Shown in pieces: positions 58,001 through 64,000 of a DNA stretch of 64,000 nucleotides. Numbering within the stretch: the first letter of the stretch is position 1; each line of letters opens with the position of its first letter. The notes beneath the pieces are model-generated. The model ran no database searches and had not been told where the DNA came from. It saw nothing but the letters and a program-made list of their open reading frames with translations. The stretch is from NCBI RefSeq assembly GCF_000143415.4, contig NW_003314283.1:382752-446751 (forward strand), written 5' to 3'. Origin of the DNA: Selaginella moellendorffii (taxonomy: Eukaryota; Plantae; Lycopodiophyta). Made by a program: the position numbers and the translations under genes.

Positions 58001-61000
58001 GTTGGCGGTGTGCCCAATCCAATCTCTTTACTAAGAGTCCATGACCATTGAAAAATGAGTGTCCTCATACTCCAAACCATCACCACACTCTAGTGAGTTA
58101 GAATTCAAACCCAAGCATTAGAGGGTTAAGACTCGAACCTAACCTCCGTATATGCATCTATAAATGGCATCACCCAGGATGTTTGGTGTGACTCCTTACG
58201 CCAGTGCACCAACTTATATTTAAAACGTGCCATAGATCATAGCTTAGGAATTTAGTTCTTCCCAATTGCCAAGTCCTCTCACTTGACAAATCTGTAATCA
58301 TGTATAGACTCCTCCATGCTTGGCTTCATGGGCCACACCTTTTTGAAATCAACACCTTCAACTAGGGTTTTTGTTCCTTCCCGACTTGCCAATCTTGCTT
58401 AGTAAGTCACCTGACTAGCGTAACATGGTTTTATGCATAAGTGTAAAAGTCTTTAATTATTAACTTTCGTTCAAAGCCATCTTTTTGAACATTTAGAGAC
58501 TACTTCCCAAACTTTGATAGCTTTGTCTTATAGCAAGCTTTAAGACCACGCTTTTGCTATGCCACTCTGATTTTGCATGTTCTATAAACCATTTACATTT
58601 GTCTTTCTAGGTACTAATCTACCTAAAATTGTCTTTAGGAACATTGAAGGGACTTTATCCCTTAGTTTGCTAAGGCCTTTCCTTTCGTAAGCTTTTTAAT
58701 TGTTATATAGTTTAACATAGATAATTCCATACTTTAAACCCTCTATAGCATCATGGTTGTTAATATCAACACATTAAAGTACCCACTTAATTTTCCATTC
58801 CCAACTTGTATAACCACCCTTGGTTATAACCTTCAATTCCTATGATTTGGTTTTATCTTTTTACTATTTGTTTTTTGAGCTATGCATTCCTTTTAGTTAT
58901 TCTCTTCATATCTAGAAGGGTAATTTTGCACTTTCTACCATGCTTTAGTAAGTATTTTTAGGGATGAACCTACTTAATAACTTAGGGAGTGGATCTTCAA
59001 TTGGGATATGCTCACCATATAATCCCACACACCGGGATTAACAATGCATGGGCTTCTTTATACCTATTGCTAGCCATATCAAAATCCTTTTTAGCTTGGT
59101 CTAATTCAAACAAATGGACTTTTCCCATCTCTATAACTTTGGATGTTGGATAACACATTTTATCCATTATTTGTTAAGAATTTAGTCCCTTAGGCATGAT
59201 ATCTAATGTCCTCATGATACTAAACACCACTTCTTGGTGTTTTAGAGTGTTTAGGTGTCCCAATAATAACCTTCTTTGATAATGAGCATTTCCCTTTTTA
59301 ATATTGACTTATTCAAAAAGGGTTATATCATTTACTTGCTATAGCTTGTTAGTTTATCTGTTAACACTTAGAGTAGAAATTTGCAACTAACTTCTTTATC
59401 ACAAGAAGTCTTGGGTAGTTAACTGCTACCAATCCAATCAATTAGGTTGCACTTTTTGTTTAGTTGCCTCATAATTGTCAAGTTTTACAACTCATTGTTA
59501 GTGATTCCACACCTCCATCATTATTTGGGTCATGACACTCTAATTGCATGCCTTCCAACTTATGCTATGTTATTCCCACTTCCATTAGGATTCCTTTGGC
59601 AAGGGGTTCTCATGAACTTATTAACTTGACCTCAAGGCATCACACCTTGGCACATTTGGTGTCTCCACACCATCGGCTTTATAAATCTACCTTTACCACA
59701 TTTCCCATTTGTGTCTAGGTTTTTGTTAAGACCAAAACAATTGTTTCTCATGCCAACTATTAATTAGCACTGCACCATAGTGTTTACACACAACTCTGTA
59801 CCATATTTTAGGGAACACATTTTCCACGATTTTAGTATAGCACATTTTGCCATCAATGAAATACCCACTATTCTCATACTTGGATCTTATGATCCTCCCC
59901 ATCCTTCGTAGGATACAACACACTTTAGTCTAAATGCTTTCACCAGTCCTTCAGGACCATTTCTTAACTCCACTTGAGTCATCCAACTTTTTAGACTTTA
60001 CTAATTTAATGATGACCCATAAGATTCTAACCTCATGGCTAGTTTTGAGGTGCCAATTCACTAGAATACATTTTATTATATTCATGTTCTATTCACAAGG
60101 ACCACATTTGCAAGTGTTATTCTGACACTTGATTATTTTCCGTTCCCTATAGGCTACTTTTGCCCCTTAGGACTATCTGTCCATATAATGAGAATATTGA
60201 CTCACCCTCTAAATGCACCCCAACCCCTTGGGTTTGTTCCAGCATTTATAAAATATAGCCCCAGTTACTATTTCAAGGACTCATATCCTCATCCATATTT
60301 AATCTTCTATGGTTATTAATTCTAGTATCAAATTCATGAGCATTAGCCTCAACTATATGAGAATAATCTTGTGACTCCTTTATTGTTTTAGAGTCTCTAT
60401 CTTTCTTATGATCCCAACTATAGTTATTTACCACAAATACATTAGCTAGTTTGCTAAGTCAAACGCTCATTTAGATCATATCTTCAACTCTTTGAGGAAA
60501 ATTCTATGCTATTTCTAAGATCCCAAAGTTGTTCCTTTATTAGCCCTTTTTCTATCCACCACAATGCCTACAAGTTCATACATGAACTATAATGAAGAGC
60601 CATGTCCTCATGACCTACTACTCCTCAAGGATAGGCCCACTCCTAGGACCTTCCGATGCTAACACAAATGGTGATATACTTGAGCACTAATAAAAGTTGG
60701 ACTAAGGAACAACTTTGATACCAAATTATAAGCGACTAAATTTTTCATTCTACTTTAGTCATTTAACCACACCTTTAACCACTTGGAGGAGTCTCACTCA
60801 CAACTTCTATAAGTTTTATTCCGGACTTAGGGTTTGCTAGCTTCAAGAATGGCATTCATGCCACTCAACTTTTGCACTTAGTTGTAGTGCTCCACGTGTC
60901 CGATCTCATGACCAACACCCAAAGGTACTACTAACATATCAACCCATTATGCTAAGGCGATGCCCATTCACTTTTGCCACACTGGTGGTCCAACACCACC

Positions 61001-62254
61001 TACATCACAATCCCATCTCTCAAAGACTAGACCATCCATCCATAAATGGTCATCCCAAATCCATTTCTTAACATCTTTAAGATGCCCACAAACATAGGGA
61101 ACAACCTTCCCCAATATCCCTTTTTCAGTCCCTACTAAGTCCCTTTTTATTCATGGCTATGTTCGCCAACACCACCACTAAGTCAAAGCCCACCGGCCCA
61201 ACTATTAAATCCCACTGTCCTTTAAAATTTCCTTACCATGTGACTATATCCTTAGTCACTACACTAGAGGACTGCCCCTTTTTCTTTCCACAGTCTGGCG
61301 CTTTGGGATAACATTTCAAAATACTGTGGCCCTACGCAAGCCTCATGGATACTCTCCCCACCTTTCGCCTTTGGGTGCTCTAGCCATGGGGCTCGAGCGG
61401 GGTTTCGTTGAGCCACGCTAGGTATCCAAGTAGGTAGTGCCACCTATGCTTGGATTAGGAGTATCGTCCATTCGATCTCCAAGGGGAATTAGAGTTGGCT
61501 TTTGAACACTTCACCAAGCTACCCCGCTTGTTTGTTCGTATTCACTTTAGCTTTGGACTCCTCAGTGGATATATCATCACCTAGCATGTGGGCATAACCT
61601 CTCTGAGTCATATTGGCCTTTTCTGGCCAAACTGGCTCCACTGGGGTCCAACCCCCACACTCTCCTTATTATACTTTTAGCCCTTGCATCCCCACCCCCC
61701 CCCCCTCCGGGGGATGATCACTTTGGGCTTTCACCTAATAATTTGTATTAGTATTCAGACTCGGACTCAGTCTTAGTCTCAGACTCGGTCTCAGTCTCAG
61801 TCTTGGTCTCTGTTCCATCTCATACTCCATCTCGGGTCCATTTCAGAGTCCATCTCAGGTCCATCTTAGAGTCCATCTCGGACTCCATCTCGAGTCCATC
61901 TCAGACTCCATCTCAAGTCCATCTTAGACTCCATCTCGAGTCCATCTCAGACTCCATCTTGAATACATCTCAAACTTCATTTTAGGTCTATCTCGGACTC
62001 TATCTTGGGTCCATCTCGAACTCTTTCACTTGTCATGTGTTAGTCCTTTTGTGTCCTTTTTTCTAGAAACTCACTTACTCCTTGCTTCATGCTCATTCCT
62101 CGAGCATTTCATTGGGAGTTCCACTCCCACTCTCAACTATCCAAGTCAAAGTTTTTAGTCCAAATATGTTACTCTTGTTTGGGTTCCACTTCGGCCACTA
62201 CCATGTGGCACCCTTTTGGCTCCACTTTTGGGGCTTTGGGATTTATGTCTCACA
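55023..62254 (-). mobile_element. Old degenerate Ty3/gypsy-like element with long minisatellite-containing LTRs
   Basis: LTRs at 55023-56672 and 60727-62254, Met-type PBS complement CTTTGATACCA at 60713-60723, and flanks CAAAC/TAAAC. The internal region is heavily decayed. Confidence 0.8.
55710..56273 (-). mobile_element. Cassandra-like TRIM (5S rRNA-derived segment in both LTRs) nested in an LTR
   Basis: LTRs at 55710-55887 and 56079-56273 with TGTAAGC...GCTTACA ends. The minus strand carries GTTAAGCGTCCTTGGG..AGTACTAGGCTGGATGACCTCCCGGGAA. PBS complement at 56066-56076; flanks CTCGG/CTCGA. Confidence 0.85.
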
Positions 62255-63013
62255 TAAACTATATATTGTAAGATTGGGAAAATGAACTAATACAAAGTCA
62301 TCCCTTTTATAATCTAGAAATGGACAATGATAAGAGTTTTAATGCTATTGTTGTCCTACTTGTACATAGCTCAAATGTTCAATAGACTCTACTCAAACTA
62401 GTAGAAGGTTACTTATCAATTGTTGATCCCAAGACCTCATTGGTACCTCATAACGATTGTGAAGGCAAACTCAATTTTATTGATCATGACTATATAAGAG
62501 TTTATATGGTGAGACATGAATAAAACTTTGCATCTTGTGACATAAATATTCTAAAGAAATGGTAAATAACCATTTTAATTCAAATGCTAAAAATTTACAT
62601 ACTTTGTGATCATCCATTTGAAACTTTTAATATTGTTTCACCAAACCATTTATCTGTGGATGATAAGCAATTGTGAAAGTGTGATGTCAAAATGTGATAT
62701 GCCTCAGCCATAAATGTGGGATATTATCCGAAAGAATCCACTCTAGACAAAAATGTTGGAAAATCACTCAATTAAATAGGAAGTTTTCAATAGTAGTGGT
62801 AAATGCACTAGCAAGAGCATCAACTTCCACCCAACGAGTCAAGTATTTAGTTAAAAAGGCCTTATCAAATTAAATGTCATCAGCTCAAACAAATAGGGTG
62901 TTTCTTCTACTTTAAAAACATAGAATTTAGAGAATTAAAATCATTTTCTAATTCATCCAATTATGCACTTGCAAAGTCAAACTTCAATTGTCCTTCTATA
63001 ACATAACCCTTCT

Positions 63014-63384
63014 CAAAAGATCAAGGTCAGTCCGTGGTGCACCCCCGAAGGGGATCCCACGAATTAGTTTCCTTTCGCCTGTATGGGTTTAGCACCCACA
63101 AACTCGCATACATGTTAGACTCCTTGGTCCATGTTTCAAGACAGGTCGGATGGAACGCCCAAGTTCCAGCATCTGGCGGGGCACCGGAGCACCCCGCCAT
63201 TTTCAGAGGCAGCGGCGGCATTGGCAGGGAGCCAGAGGCTCACAAGCCATTATCCCGCCGCATCCTCCCATGCTGGACAGCCCCTTGCATTGCTTGGCAA
63301 ACCAGCTCTCGCCGTTCCACACACAACCAAGGGGCGCACAAGGCATCCATTCGCTTCCCTCCCAGCAATTTCAAGCACTTTTTA

Positions 63385-63429
<45 letters not shown>

Positions 63430-63773
63430 GCGCTATCGGTCTCTCACCAGTATTTAGCCTTGGATGGAATTTACCACCCACTTAAGGCTACATTCCCAAA
63501 CAGCCCAACTCACCGAAAGAGCCTCGTGATGCAGCAGGTCCGGGCTAGATGGGGCTCTCACCCTCTCTGGCGTCCCGTTCCAAGGGACTTAAACTCGGTC
63601 CGCTGTAGAGGACCCTTCTCCAGACTACAATTCGAGGTGCAAAGACACCCCGATTTCCAAGTTGGGCTCTTTCCGTTTCGCTCGCCGCTACTAGGGAAAT
63701 CCTTGTTAGTTTCTTTTCCTCCTCTTAGTGATATGCTTAAACTCAGCGGGTTATCTTGCCTGACCTGAGGTCG
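63014..63773 (-). rRNA. 5' fragment of 25S/26S LSU rRNA, decayed and truncated
   Basis: ACCCGCTGAGTTTAAGCATATC and GAAAAGGACTTTGAAAAGAGAGTTAAA on the minus strand, with many CpG-type substitutions. Confidence 0.9.
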
Positions 63774-63946
63774 TGCACATGAGCGATTCGCCACTAGGTG
63801 GGGTGTGTGCCATTGATGCCACACAGACAAGTCGGGGGCCACACCATCCACATGCAATCAAGCCGACCGGAACACAAGTCCACGGACGGCCACATTTGCC
63901 CCACGCTCACACTCACAGAGTGCGCATGAGGCAGCAAATGGTTGCG
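63774..63946 (-). other. ITS2
   Basis: Lies between the 5.8S 3' end and the LSU 5' end. Confidence 0.8.
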
Positions 63947-64000
63947 GACGCTCAGGCAAGCATGCCCTCGGGATGAACCTCGGGCACAAGTTGCGTTCAA
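63947..64000 (-). rRNA. 3' end of 5.8S rRNA (runs off the window)
   Basis: TTGAACGCAACTTGTGCCCGAGG...GAGGGCATGCTTGCCTGAGCGTC on the minus strand. Confidence 0.88.

Noticed and set aside
63034-63768. 244-aa ORF
   Set aside because: Antisense to LSU rRNA, a familiar spurious ORF type.

Overview
Plant nuclear DNA with dense genes, 50-70 bp introns and intronless PLS-class PPR genes. It is most consistent with the lycophyte Selaginella (inference, not proven). From left to right: (1) a nest of LTR retroelements (1-6702); (2) two diverged copies of a cassette tRNA-Glu / Fic-domain gene / AT-rich B-lectin-like gene, with an MNS5 alpha-mannosidase gene between them; (3) an 8.5-kb TIR DNA transposon (8792-17332) inside the first copy, encoding a spliced IS3-family-like DDE transposase plus a HECT-like E3 ligase gene and an RNase H1 hybrid-binding-domain gene; (4) a host-gene block: ATL RING-H2, an SH2-less STATL/CudA-like gene, a scrambled KASII pseudogene, ALMT, two PPR genes, VTE4, LKR/SDH and a GMC pseudogene; (5) a young Ty3/gypsy element with a clear -1 frameshift pseudoknot; (6) an old gypsy element with a nested 5S-containing Cassandra TRIM; (7) a decayed rDNA fragment. 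The transposon with its cargo is the best candidate for an undescribed system. All protein calls come from motif recognition by eye; no searches were run.
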